Source: Tubulanus polymorphus
Lineage: Eukaryota; Animalia; Nemertea
Reading direction: 5' to 3'
Assembly (NCBI RefSeq): GCF_964204645.1
Contig: NC_134027.1
Location: 20,856,560-20,920,559 of the forward strand
DNA length: 64,000 nt
Part shown: positions 40,501 to 52,514 of the stretch, piece after piece
Position numbering within the stretch: the stretch's first letter is position 1
How the letters are laid out: each line of letters starts with the position of its first letter
Position numbers and translations under genes: made by a program
The notes under the pieces: model-generated
The model's input: the letters and a program-made list of their open reading frames with translations, nothing else
Database searches by the model: none
What the model was told of the DNA's origin: nothing

Positions 40501-41145
40501 CTACGGGACATCCCCCTGAAAATCAAGTTTTGCATTTTTGAGTTACGGTGCTTAGACCTATGCGACAGAGTTGATTGTATAAGATTGACATTTCCACTTA
40601 CTGAGAATAGTTATTTACCAATGGAAAAAGTTAGTCCAATTTTGATTGAAACATAAGAAGAAATTGAAGCACCACCTGAGTTAACAACCGCCCTGGTATG
40701 AATCTGGCGGAATCCTTGTCAGTACCCTATTTTAAGTATTTGTGCGAGATTGGGAGAAGTGGGCAATTCTGACCCATTCCTTCCTTACGGACTAAAGTTG
40801 TAGTTGAACGAGTTCTTCATCTGCCACTCTTTTAGACAAATGGTTTTAAGGCACATTATCACTAATTAAGTGAACACTATTTTAATTGTCAGTTAACTGG
40901 AAAAATAATTCTCTACGAATTCAAAATCATGGTGGAAAACCAAGGTTTGCGGAAAATCAAAGCACTCTGATTGTATATAGCATGGTCATATGTATGTATA
41001 AAATAGTGTCTTAGTTTAAACCATACATTGTTTTCTCTTCAGGCACGGAATTTTACAAGACAAATCCTTAGTAGCTGGACTAATGGGACCGAAAATAACT
41101 CAAGAAGATGATGAGGGAAGTGGTAGTGATTTCGATGTGGATTAA
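34578..41145 (+). CDS. PDCL: Phosducin-like protein 1, 299 aa; exons 34578-34778, 36458-36583, 37977-38104, 38595-38697, 38808-38921, 40042-40166, 41043-41145
   Basis: LDDKLLGEKMDYYCSSSEDE, NTGPKGVINDWRRFKQLE, VKFCKIKAS, PALLIYKGGELIGNFVRV; GT-AG introns with consistent phases. Confidence 0.95.
38120..38233 (-). pseudogene. GPCR ICL2-TM4 fragment inside PDCL intron
   Basis: FPFTSRLICTPRFARCAVVLIVLMNTLVAGIP; 38191-38230 matches 16599-16638 at 36/40 nt. Confidence 0.7.
39037..39733. mobile_element. Tc1/mariner-type MITE (TA-flanked) containing a nested MITE
   Basis: TA-CAGTAAACCTTG ... CAAGGTTTACTG-TA. Confidence 0.75.
39350..39524. mobile_element. pogo/Tc1-type MITE nested in 39037-39733
   Basis: TA-CAGTGGAACCTCGCTACAACGAA ... 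TTCGTTATAACGAGGTTGCACTG-TA. Confidence 0.8.
40332..40577. mobile_element. Degenerate pogo/Tc1-type MITE
   Basis: TA-CAGTCAACTCT ... AGAGTTGATTG-TA. Confidence 0.55.
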
Positions 41146-43352
41146 CCACATCGATCCGTCGATCATTACGTGTCTTAATTGTCATCTGCACAAAGCAACT
41201 TTCTGGTGTCTTGACCATACCACGGCCATCGCTGTATTTTCTGTGTGGTAACAACGTGTATTAATGACAACGATAATTACGTGTCCGCGGTGCGTATTTA
41301 TTGCTCGGAGAGCAATAAATATTAGGGGGAAGAAATAGATGTGCTGGCATCAAGGTGATGCCAACAGTGTATTTGAAGAGGGCACTATAAGCGTTTAAGG
41401 ATAGTGATTGTCAGTGTTTGTTTAAAACTTCATACATTTTGTAACACCTGGTTGGAATCTCTCGATTTATTAATAAGATCTTAACTGATTTTTTAAACGA
41501 CAGTATCCTGAAAAAGACCAGGGCAGGCTGTATGCAAGTTCTGCTATGTACGTATACAGGCGCGGATCCAGTTCCTTCGTATTCTTTATTTCAAGAATTT
41601 CAACGTTACTTTTCAAAGTGCTAGGTACATTTTGAATACATGAGATGATCAATTAGTGCCTGAAATGATAGATCTGAATGCATGAAAATGGGACTCATTT
41701 TTAAGATATTTTGGGGGATGACTAGAAGGGCACCCCTCCCCCTTAGAAAATCCTTGATACAAATTTTCTATGAATGCGTGAATTGAAATACATGTGTATG
41801 TGAATTTTTGATATTACGGCTTATTTTGATCAAGTCCTTTGAGAAAAATCATTGCAAGTATTTTAAATTCAAAAATGTCATTGTTTTATATATACATTAT
41901 ATTGAATGTTTTATTGTAAGTTGTAAAAACATGAATTGTAGTACATTTTGTTAGTTATATAATTTATTGATCAAATGATACTAGTCATATTTGATACTTA
42001 ATAATCAAAAAACTAGGTGATTTATGTCGTAGTAAGTTAAGAAAAGTGGGGAAGAGATCAAGAAGCAAGAAAAGGTTTGAGGAGGAGGGAGGGTGTTTGA
42101 AAAGCACGATGGAGAAATAAGTAGCTAAATTAATTATTTGTACCTGTTTATGTGTAGTAATAAAACTGAATTACGATGTAATCAAATGTGCAGTGATTAG
42201 TTCATGCCTTCGAAAAAAGTAATATACAGGTTTAGATAGGCGACGAGCCTGGTCAACTTCAAGTTGGGCAAAAATGTGAACTGGGAGTTTGGCGTCTTCA
42301 GTTTGGGATATGGAAAAGATTGTATTTTCGGGACGAAGCTTTAAGTTCATTCAAAGTCATGACTAACTGTAAGCACCTTCGGCGCGGCAGGAGTATATAT
42401 CACAGATCCATAGTCATCAGTTTCATAGTCCTTGTACATGTACACAGCTACAGTGTCCGTTCTTTAAACATCAGTGTGGGAAATCCCATAGGCCACCAAA
42501 CCACCAGCGGATGACTGAACCCGACCACCAGGGACGGATCCAGAGGCGATTACCTACTTGCAGGTGAAGCCCCTGGATAATATTTGAATCTCTTTCCTGG
42601 ATAGGAGGGTTAAGTGTACTTATTGTACAGCTTCCCAACGTAGATACTTCGGCTATTTACGTGTATTATGCCCATTTATACACGGAATGCGTCTCAGCCC
42701 AACAAATTCTCGGCTATTCGAATAAGTGCCGCACCTCCCTGCCCAAAATAATTCCTGGATCCGCCCATCGCAGTTATAATTTCGCGACAGGTTTCCGCTT
42801 GACGGCACAGTAACGTGGTGCTGCGCTGCCGCGGATCTTGCGGGAGTCTCCGAGGCGGGTAGGAATTCCGTGGGAGTCAATAGGGATAAGGCCATCATGT
42901 GTACTTAAGAGTAGCGAAAAGTAGTAGTCGGAGACGACAGGATAACCGCCGGTCACACATACGGGTAAACATGACAGGTGTATTACTGTGAACGGTGCTG
43001 AAATTTGCTCACGGGCCCCGGGGGCGAGCGGTATTTCAAATGTTTTTCAAATTCCTGCGATCACGGATTCGTTGCTCAAATGGACCAGTGGTGCACGGTA
43101 GCGCCCGTTTGTAGGGCCTACCCAGGACATACTTTGACAAGAGCGACTCGGTCCTCATGCCCGTCGGCGGCTGACGGGAGGATTTTTACAATTCAGTGAC
43201 CACTGCTGGCAAATCTTGGTTTGCGGACTGCTGTTCTATCAGTTGTGCGTGGAAAAAGTGCCATCGTATTTTCAAAAGGGTGCAGGAGAATTGCGACGGT
43301 ATCACGTGCCCCTTTGAATCAGCCGCATGCGCTCTCGCCGATTCTTCTTTCA

Positions 43353-43702
43353 TAGGCGTTTTTATCTAGATGTTGATTTGTCAAATCAATTTACCAAAGT
43401 AAATTCTGCGCATTTATCTACTTGATCCATCAAATCGATTCAGCTAATCAATGCATTTATTTAAATGATTACTCAAATCGATTTGCCTAATCAAGCAAAT
43501 CGCTTGTGGAGCGATTTGCTTGATTTGTCAAACTGATTTTAGTAGATTTACATGGAGAGTAAAGATGGCGGAAAAGAATTCAGCAAGTCTCCCAGCACTG
43601 GTTACTAATCCGCGCGTTTATCTAACTGCAAATCGATTCATCAAATCAGCGAGACAGGTGGATTTGCAAATCCAAAGCGATTTGCTTAGATAAAAACGCT
43701 TA
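43353..43702. mobile_element. MITE
   Basis: taggcgtttttatcta ... tagataaaaacgctta; internal caaatcg sub-repeats. Confidence 0.65.
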
Positions 43703-44328
43703 TATTCTTTTTCAATATAGTATATTTGCATTGAACTCAGTCGTACATTCCTGCCATCTATCTCGAATTTGGATAGACTGGTTGCCGGTTGAATTTTTCG
43801 CCATCTAGGAGATAGAGACCGGCAACCTGTCTATAATATCTATATTTTTCGATATTTTGACTAGTGGTAGGCCTACCTTAAAAATGAATAGATATCAAAA
43901 TTTAGATAACCATTTGGAAAGAATGTGAACTAGCATTTGAACACTCGATAAATAGCCAAACATTGACAGGTCACATGACCACATTTGTGGACAAAATGGC
44001 GGCGCCCATGGTGTAAAATTCTAGAACAAGCCCGAATGGAATAATCCACGAATGATCGATCGTTTTTCTAAACTTCAATGCAGAAAAAGGTTGAAAGCCT
44101 GTCGTTCTTGCATTAAACGACACAAATTTCAATTATAAGCCGACGATATCTGGTCAATCGCTGTACCTAGTGTCTAGTGTACATGACAGCATAAGAAAGA
44201 TCAAGCTGCTTTTCTTTTCTTTTGTGTCATCAACGGTGGAAGAATTTTCGGCAGTCTCTGTAAAAACTGATTGATTGTTTGACTGACTTTTGACAGTTTT
44301 GTAAGTTTTCTCTCTTCTCTCTCGACAC

Positions 44329-45441
44329 ATGGGTAAGGTTTGTGTAGCCGTTGGTTGCCACAACAGGCAAGATGTCTCGCCAAACTTACATTTTTACCGA
44401 ATTCCTGCTGCCAGCGCCACAGCAAATAGGAGGTCACGATGGATAGCGGCCATTCGACGAGATAACTGGACCCCATCACCTCATGATAGACTTTGTAGCA
44501 GTCATTTCATATCAGGTAAAAAACTTGTTCAAGTATCGTTATTCAGACATTCATTGAAGCAGACAATGATTAATCCCAGCACCAGTAGCTCCAGCTTAGG
44601 GAGCTACTGCCGTGAGGTGTCCCTAATGGATATGAACCTAACCTTACCATAACGCTATTCATTCGTATCACTAGCGCCACACAGTGGAAAGGTGACGTAA
44701 ACTGCAGTTAGACCATAGCGTCTTATAAATGGAAAATGCTTTGAAAGTGCTTGAAACTACTTTCGATTTGAGCAAAATTCCTAAGACTCCTTAAAATCAT
44801 GTCAACTTTGAAAAATAGGCAATTAGAAATTTGTTATTGAATTAAGGCCATGTTTAGCCAGGGGCCGCCAGAAATTTTGGAAACATGCCCATTTTGTTAG
44901 TTTTATTGTTATATTCTATTATCGTTTTTATTGAGGTTTCTCTCTGCCGTGATGTGATTAGACGCCTTGCCCCTTACAAGTCTTATCTAATTATAAAAGC
45001 TGACCCCCAGTGATTAGGTCACAAACAGAAGCATCTGTTAGCATAGTTGGAAAAAAACCTTTCGAATTATATTTTTCAGGTCAGAAAAACGATCATCCAT
45101 TTTCGCCCGATTACGTTCCGAGCATATTTCAACATTCTCCTTTCGACGAAAAGAAAAGCTTGGCGAGTTTCAAGCAATTCGAAGAGATGAAAAAGCGTAA
45201 AATAGCGCACAAAAATCATCCCGTTCTGAAGCTCGGAGAATCCGATGAAATCACGGAACGGTCGGTATCCGTCAAAAGCGAAATGTCATACACGGAAAAC
45301 TGTCTCATTAGTGCATCGGACAACGCGACATCTATCGGTACCCAAACCGAACTAACCGGCGCGCAAATAGAAAAGATTTTACGAGAGAATCAGTTTCTAA
45401 AAAGTAAGAATTTATGCGAGAATGATCCGGCCCTAGTTTAG
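44329..45441 (+). CDS. THAP-domain protein, 182 aa; exons 44329-44515 and 45080-45441; probably transposase-derived
   Basis: MGKVCVAVGC..FYRIP..RRSRWIAAIRRDNWTP..RLCSSHF then SPDYVPSIF (C2CH THAP with AVPTIF-like box) and a short coiled-coil-like segment; phase-1 GT-AG intron. Confidence 0.8.
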
Positions 45442-47613
45442 TGCTGATACAGAATGTCTCATAAGTGGAGACATGTATGCACATAATAATTCTCGGAAAG
45501 AGAGCATCACAGCACCGGTACCTAAATCTGGAACTCTCATCGGCAAAAATCCGACGATCAGTTTCCGTGACGAGCTCCAGAAACAAGTGAGGATCAGTGT
45601 GGAGATGTGCTTTGGTCAGGGCCAAATATCTGAATCTGCATGCTTGAATGTAAGCCATGTAAGAAATGATGGATTGAATATATATACACGTAACACGTAC
45701 GAATTAGCTATTTTCATGTATGACTCCTCTTCTTTTGACTCGATTTTTTTTTACTCGCATAATATGCATTCTGTGGAATTACAGTCATCATTCAAAGTCC
45801 GGTTGATAATGCCATCTTTTTAAATGCCACTCCTCGCTAACGCCACCGTTTTGTGATAATAATGCCATATGCCAAATTATATCATATTTTATAACATATA
45901 TATTGTTATATATTATTCCAAATTCAACTAAAGAAAACATTCTATATTGGGCCTCAGTGGTGATACGCTAAAACAGCTTTGAATGTCGATTGAAAATTTC
46001 CATTGTCTCTAAATTCGTTAGAAAGATCAACGGTCTCAACTGAGTTCCCAGACTCGAGTTAAGCTACCGTAGACTTTTAATTGTATTTTCTCCGGAGATG
46101 AACAGGACTTAGGATATTAACTTGACAATCCGATATGGAGACTATGCTTTTTTCCTATAAAGAAAATTTTCAAATATCTGGAAGAACGTTGATTGGGTTT
46201 GCAATGCCTTGGGGCCATCGGGAATGAATGAATGAATGAATGCACCTGCTATAATAATCTTTATTCATCTAAGTAATTACACTGCAGAAGTTTTGTATCA
46301 ATTGTTTATCGATTGTTTCACACTCAATAGATATCGTTTAGATCTAAGTTATCCTAAGAAGAAATTTAATCTCTCAAACATCTTTTGAAGGAATTTCCCA
46401 ATACGCATTATAAGGGACTGTTGGAGTCATGATTTAATAAATCTAATTGTATTACATGCAATGCTCTGATTGTGCTTCCAATCATATGTATTAGGGGATG
46501 AAATTGATTTTTGAGGTTGATCGTTCGTATGCGGCATAGCTAAAAAGGTGATATCGGCTTCGATTTTCGCATCTACATACGTGGTTTTCGCGTGGGATCA
46601 CTCGCCCCTGGTTCATCTACCACTTTCTATCAACTGGTCATGGCTTAAACAGCGATATAAGAGCATTTGCTATTAATACATGTACTAGGGTTATTCTCGT
46701 AGGGGATTTAATAAGGTAATATCTTTCCAAATTTGTCGATGTCTTAAACTCTACTGATTATATGTAGAAATTGTGTTACGACCCAGGCGCAGATTCAGAC
46801 GGTAGCACCGTAGGCACGTGTTAGGTCCCTACTATCGTGACAATGTCGCCCTTTTTCACCCTCAATGTAAAAAGGCCACATTCAGTCATCCGTAAATCCT
46901 AAAATTAGAAAATGGCACATGTTTACAAGTCTAAAATTATGTTAAACACTTTTAGTCGTCTCTGTCAATCCCAAAAGAAGCGGGCACATTTTTACCATGA
47001 CCTCACCCGTTTCTAACATCACCCTATTTGGTATTATTAATCCCTGCTACTTCCATTCTACTCCCTCCTTTACTACACTAATCATCCCTTAAAAGTCCTT
47101 ACATATTAAATATAGTTACTAATGCTGCTCTTTCTTATCAACATACTCCCTCCTTGTAACCCGAACCATTTGCATTCAGTGTGCGCAGCAGCGCACACGC
47201 TATCGTGCTCACACACTATCTTTTCCCATACACATAAAACCCTATAACTGTTGCTTCTACAGTATGATGACAGTTAATGTACCATTAAAATTGAAAACTT
47301 CGTTAATACGTACATTTCTCACGATAGTCGTAGTGATGCTTCCCCGAAGCGGTTACGTAGATCATTCCATGTTTGAAGTAAGTTTTGTTGAAGGTCCTAC
47401 GGTCTTCGTTTTAGTCATGCATAGTTTTAAGTTTTGCCTGTGTGGGTGTTACTGAAACAAAGCACGGCTAAAACGAAGAGTGAAGACCTATGCACACCAG
47501 TTAAATTTTGTTAGTTGTCGAATAAACACTATAATCCGTGTATACTGTGGATAAATGAAGAAATCCCACACTTCGAATTTTAAAATCATACGATCAAATT
47601 TATTATAATGAAA

Positions 47614-47655
47614 CCACAACGTTTCGGCTGTTGACTAACAGCCATCATCAGGTGG
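47614..47655 (-). ncRNA. Minimal type I hammerhead ribozyme
   Basis: Reverse complement of 48166-48207. Confidence 0.75.
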
Positions 47656-48165
47656 AATGACCAGAAAAACAAGTTATAAAGCATATAAACTCACAGGATC
47701 TAAAATAGATATCCGAAACCAAAAGCCTGAGAGTGGAATAGCAAATCATGTCTTTACAACCAATCACCAATTTGACTTTCAGAATTCGAAACCTATTTAT
47801 CTTTGTAAAGATATTCATAAGAGACACAGTGGAATCAGCCCTAATATGTAAACTTTCGAAATCCAATCTACTAATTTAAATACTGGTTTTCTCCACATTA
47901 CCAATTATTATCCAGACACATCAACTCTTTATTAGATTTGGGTTAATGTCACTATGTGTCACTCTGTTATCGCCACCCTCTTCAGTCCACTTCACTTAGT
48001 TACATAATTTGTTTTTACTCTGAACTGTTTAGAATTGCTGTGGTTTCTACGGTACCCCTTGATGTTTTATTGCTTGGATGGTCTGTTTATCTTTAGTTTT
48101 GACACACTGCTTCTATTTTAGATCCTGTGAGTTTATATGCTTTGTTACTTGTTTTTCTGGTCATT

Positions 48166-48207
48166 CCACCTGATGATGGCTGTTAGTCAACAGCCGAAAC
48201 GTTGTGG
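48166..48207 (+). ncRNA. Minimal type I hammerhead ribozyme
   Basis: CCAC-CUGAUGA-U-GGCUGUU(AGUC)AACAGCC-GAAAC-GUU-GUGG: conserved core, 7-bp stem II, 4-bp stem I, palindromic ACGU in place of stem III. Confidence 0.75.
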
Positions 48208-49770
48208 TTTCATTATGATAAATTTGATCGTATAATTTTAAAATTCGAAGTGTGGGATTTCTTCATTTAAATTTTGTTAATGCCGGGTAATTTATTAGCC
48301 ACAACAACGTACTATGACGGCATATTTACCATTAAAATCGATTATGGTAAAATCAAGCATTTATGAAAAAAAAATGAGTACTTATTAATCGTAAATACGT
48401 ACGTACATGTCACAATTGTCAGTACGGCAGGATAGTCGTAACTGTAGTCGATAGCCGTAGTGGAGCTTCCCCGAAGTGGGTACATAGATAATTCCAAGTT
48501 TGAGATTGGTTTGTAATGAGTGCATAGGTTTTCGGTCTTCGTTTTAGTCATGCATAGTTTTAGTTTTGCCTCTGGTTGTTACTAAAACAAAGCACTACTA
48601 AAACGAAGACCTATGCACCCGAGAAAAACCGACCAATTTACTTTCCATATGTGTTTGTTTATAACTGGTGGTATTGCCTACACTCATTGGCAGAGGTGGT
48701 TGGATACACAGATAGCCCAGTATAAGTGATGATTTCTATAGAAATAGATGCGGCCATCGTCACATTATATGTATACATACATATAAACATAAATTTTCAT
48801 ACTGGTTGTGTTGAAATAATTTCATATTCAAAAATCCAATTGTTTATAAGATTCTGCAGTAATGAATCATTCTGTTGGACAAAACTAGAATATCCAGATA
48901 TCAATTTAGCGCAGTTGAAATTACCAAGGTAAAAAATTTAAATTCCATCCCCGACCCGGATGATAAATTGATATAATTAGGCCTGAATTTAGAAAGTAAT
49001 ACCAGAGCTTGGTAGAGGTTGCTGATGAGCTTTTGTAGAGCTTTAACGGAGCTGTAGCAGAGCTATGAAAAGTTTTGAATGTTAAGTCAGAGCCCAGAAC
49101 TAGCTCTCTGTAAGGCTGAGTTCAGACAAACTCTCTGGCGGAGATTGAGAAGAAACTTTTTGTAGGCTGCATCGGACAAAAACAAAAATTGCGGAAGTAT
49201 CAAACGCTATATCATAAATTTTGACTTTTACTTTAATTCGTCTGGTATGATCTGATTTGGAAAATACATCAAGAAACGACTGATGTTAAAGTACGTGTAA
49301 ATATTCATACACGATTATGCGAAGGTTAATGTGTTCATTAACCCTATACGCGTATTGTTGCCCGGTGACAAGTCAATGGACTAAAAAGGACTCTCAGAAT
49401 GAAGAATTCTAATTTGTGAGTGCACTTGTGAATTTAAATTTCTTTTCCCTGCTTTTCGTTGCATTTATAATCGAATAAATTTGTATTTGTCATAATGGCG
49501 TATCGTCTTCATTTTCTCGCATGATCAAGAAAATGCATGTATGCAATATAGTATATATGCTGTGTTTAGTATATCATGTTGCAATAATTGTCAATCATTT
49601 CGTGTCAATAATGCGATATTCTTGAATGAAGCTATTGTTAATACAGCCAATGGTGTCCAGTTACACGGATTCTAGAGATCTACCAATGACGTCTAATGTC
49701 TTACAGAAGGAATAAAACATGCAAAAAGATGGGCTTTTTCGGATGGTACAGTTTACTGTAGATCGTAACG

Positions 49771-50775
49771 ATGAACGCCACCGTTATCACTGAGGTTGTG
49801 GACAAGTCATATTTTGAACGCGTCATTGATTTTTATCGCGCTTGTATTTTTCCAATATTTATACTGATCGGTATTCTAGGCAACGGTTTTTCGTTGTACA
49901 TATTTCCGAGGATGCGACGCCGCGACCAGTCTACCGCCGTATACCTGTCCTGTTTAGCGGCCAGCGATTTACTAAATCTATTGTCGAACGGTTTACCAGA
50001 AACTTGGATGTTTCAAGCGCTGAAAGATTTCAGCGAGATGGAGGTTTATGTTAACGTTCTCGGCAGTGACGAAATTGTCTGCAAGTTTTTTCGTTATATT
50101 TGGTATATATCGACATTCACGTCCTCGTGGATTCTTCTGTTGTTCAACGTTGAGAAATGCATCGCCGTTCGTCTGCCGTTGAAACGAAGCCTGATTATTA
50201 CGTCATCGCGTCGTAAAATTGCTTTATTAATTGTTGTAGTTGTTGCCTTGGCAATTCGAGCATCATTCGTGCCCGCCTATGAACTCGTACAAAATTACCC
50301 TACGGGGCCGTTCAACTGTGGGTTAAATTTTACTTACTTTACGGCGCGAGTAACTGTAATTATGATACTAGTGGAATGGCTGACGACCTTCATGATTCCT
50401 TGGTTCACTATATGTGCATGTTCTATTGTGATAACTTCTTCAATTTTAGAATCGAGACGTTTAATTCTAACAACTACCGAAAAACCTCAAAATGTTCGTT
50501 TTATTTTTAATTTAACACTTGTTTCCGGGGTGTTTCTGGTTTGTATAGCGCCCGGTATTGGTATGTGGGGCTTGTTTTGGATAACAAATTTTCTCAACAC
50601 TGAACTCGGCTATTCAATCGGGTTCGATTTCAACGTCCTCAAAATTGCCCTGTACTGCACGAATCTACAAGATCTGAATTTCTGTTTGAATTTCATCATT
50701 TATGTTTTATTTCTCGATTATTACAGAGCTGAATTAAAAAAGATTTTTCCTTCAACTTGCTGTCGTAAAAAATAA
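49771..50775 (+). CDS. Intronless rhodopsin-type GPCR, 334 aa (FMRFamide/peptide-receptor-like orphan)
   Basis: IGILGN, YLSCLAASD, SSWILLLFNVEKCIAVRLPL, FMIPW, LNFCLNFIIY; seven hydrophobic segments. Confidence 0.92.
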   Translation: MNATVITEVVDKSYFERVIDFYRACIFPIFILIGILGNGFSLYIFPRMRRRDQSTAVYLSCLAASDLLNLLSNGLPETWMFQALKDFSEMEVYVNVLGSDEIVCKFFRYIWYISTFTSSWILLLFNVEKCIAVRLPLKRSLIITSSRRKIALLIVVVVALAIRASFVPAYELVQNYPTGPFNCGLNFTYFTARVTVIMILVEWLTTFMIPWFTICACSIVITSSILESRRLILTTTEKPQNVRFIFNLTLVSGVFLVCIAPGIGMWGLFWITNFLNTELGYSIGFDFNVLKIALYCTNLQDLNFCLNFIIYVLFLDYYRAELKKIFPSTCCRKK

Positions 50776-51501
50776 AGTGCGTGGAATTATACTGCCAGCG
50801 TTTTGCCTATCCCTTGATAGTAGGTACAACAATTTTAATTTACATGGACAATGATATATGCCCGAAACGGTTATCCCATGAAACGGGATTTTGATTAGTA
50901 AATGATAATTTACCCAATTGTCTAGAACATAAAGTTGGACTATCAGTATAAAGTATATACATAATACTCTCCCAGAATTTCGGGTAACAACGATTCTCCA
51001 GGTGACACAACTCGGCCATTTACCGTCCCAATATGGTGTAATCACGTTCGAAAAGCACTTGGCTGTACGATCTCTATAACAAGCTTCGACGTATATATAC
51101 ATATCCATATATTCTATGTATTCATATACGTACGATTGCCTAGTCTAGATAAATTGGACATAATATATGATATCTTCCCTGCCTCCTCTAATTAACACGT
51201 TTATTATCGAGTAAAAACTGCGGTGTATTTTTCATATTGTCGCATGGATTGTCTACCTTTCTCACAAGTTTGCATGAAACAGTACATGTATAGGATATAT
51301 GCTTCGTTATCATGTTGTAATAATTCTTAATCATTTCGTGTCAACGATGCGATATTCTTAAATGAAAATATTGAATTACTCCGAATCGTTTCCAGTTACG
51401 CGGATTCTGGAGATTAACGTGACGTTTGATGTCGTGCGCGATAAATGAATTTGCTCTACAGCTGGGCTGATTTTTCGATTGTACAGTAACTGTAGATCGT
51501 A

Positions 51502-52514
51502 ATGATGAACGTATCCACGGACAGCGCTGTTGTGGCCAAGTCATATTTTGAACGCGTCATTGATTTTTATCGTGCTTGTATTTTTCCTATATTTATACTG
51601 ATCGGTATTCTAGGCAACTGCTTTTCGTTGTACATATTTCCGAGGATGCGACGCCGCGACCAGTCTACCGCCGTATATCTGACCTGTTTAGCGGCCAGCG
51701 ATTTACTGAATCTATTATCGAACGGTTTGCCAGAAACTTGGATGTTTCAAGCGCTGGAAGATTACAGCGAGATGGAGGTTTATGTGAACGTTCTCGGCAG
51801 TGGCGGAATCGTCTGCAAGGTTTTTCGTTATATTTGTATATATCGACGTTCACGTCTTCGTGGATTCTTCTGTTGTTCAACGTTGAGAAATGCATCGCCG
51901 TTCGTCTGCCGTTGAAACGAAGCCTGATTATTACGTCATCACGCCGTAAAATTGCTTTATTAATTGTTTTAGTCGTTGCCTTTGCAATTCGAGCATCATT
52001 TGTACCCGCCTATGAAATCGAAAAACCCAATAACTACCCTGTGGACCCACTGTATTGCGGGTTGGATTTCTCTTACTTTACGGCGCAAGTAACAGTAATA
52101 ATGATACTAGTGGAATGGCTGACGACCTTCTTGATTCCTTGGTTCACTATTTGCGTGTGTTCTACCCTGATAACATTTTCTATTCTAGAATCGAGACGTT
52201 CAAACCTCAAAATGACCCATAAGCCTCAAAATCTCCGTTTTGTTTTGAATCTAACACTTGTTTCCGGGGTGTTTTTGGTCTGTATAGCTCCCGGTATTGC
52301 TTTGTGGGGCATAAAGTGGGTAACAACTTTTCTCAACACCGAACTCGGCTTTACAATCGAGTTTGATTTCGACGTTACGAGAATTGCCCTGTACTGCACG
52401 AATCTACAAGATCTGAATTTCTGTTTGAATTTTATCATTTATGTTTTATTTCTCGATTATTACCGAGCAGAAGTAAAGAAGATTTTCCTTTCAATTTGCT
52501 GTCGTAAAAAATAA
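51502..52514 (+). pseudogene. Tandem duplicate of the 49771 GPCR with a 1-bp frameshift (pseudogene or sequence error)
   Basis: Near-identical protein; GG reduced to G at 51836 (TGG Trp in the paralog); otherwise open; upstream flank also homologous. Confidence 0.85.

Larger units (their letters stand above)
47514..48266 (+). mobile_element. 5'-truncated Penelope-like retroelement with inverted pseudo-LTRs
   Basis: Inverted arms 47552-47709 and 48112-48268; internal SGIANHVFTTNHQFDF..ESALI..NLNTG resembles the GIY-YIG C-terminus; 13-bp direct repeat TTAAATTTTGTTA at 47501-47513 and 48267-48279. Confidence 0.85.
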
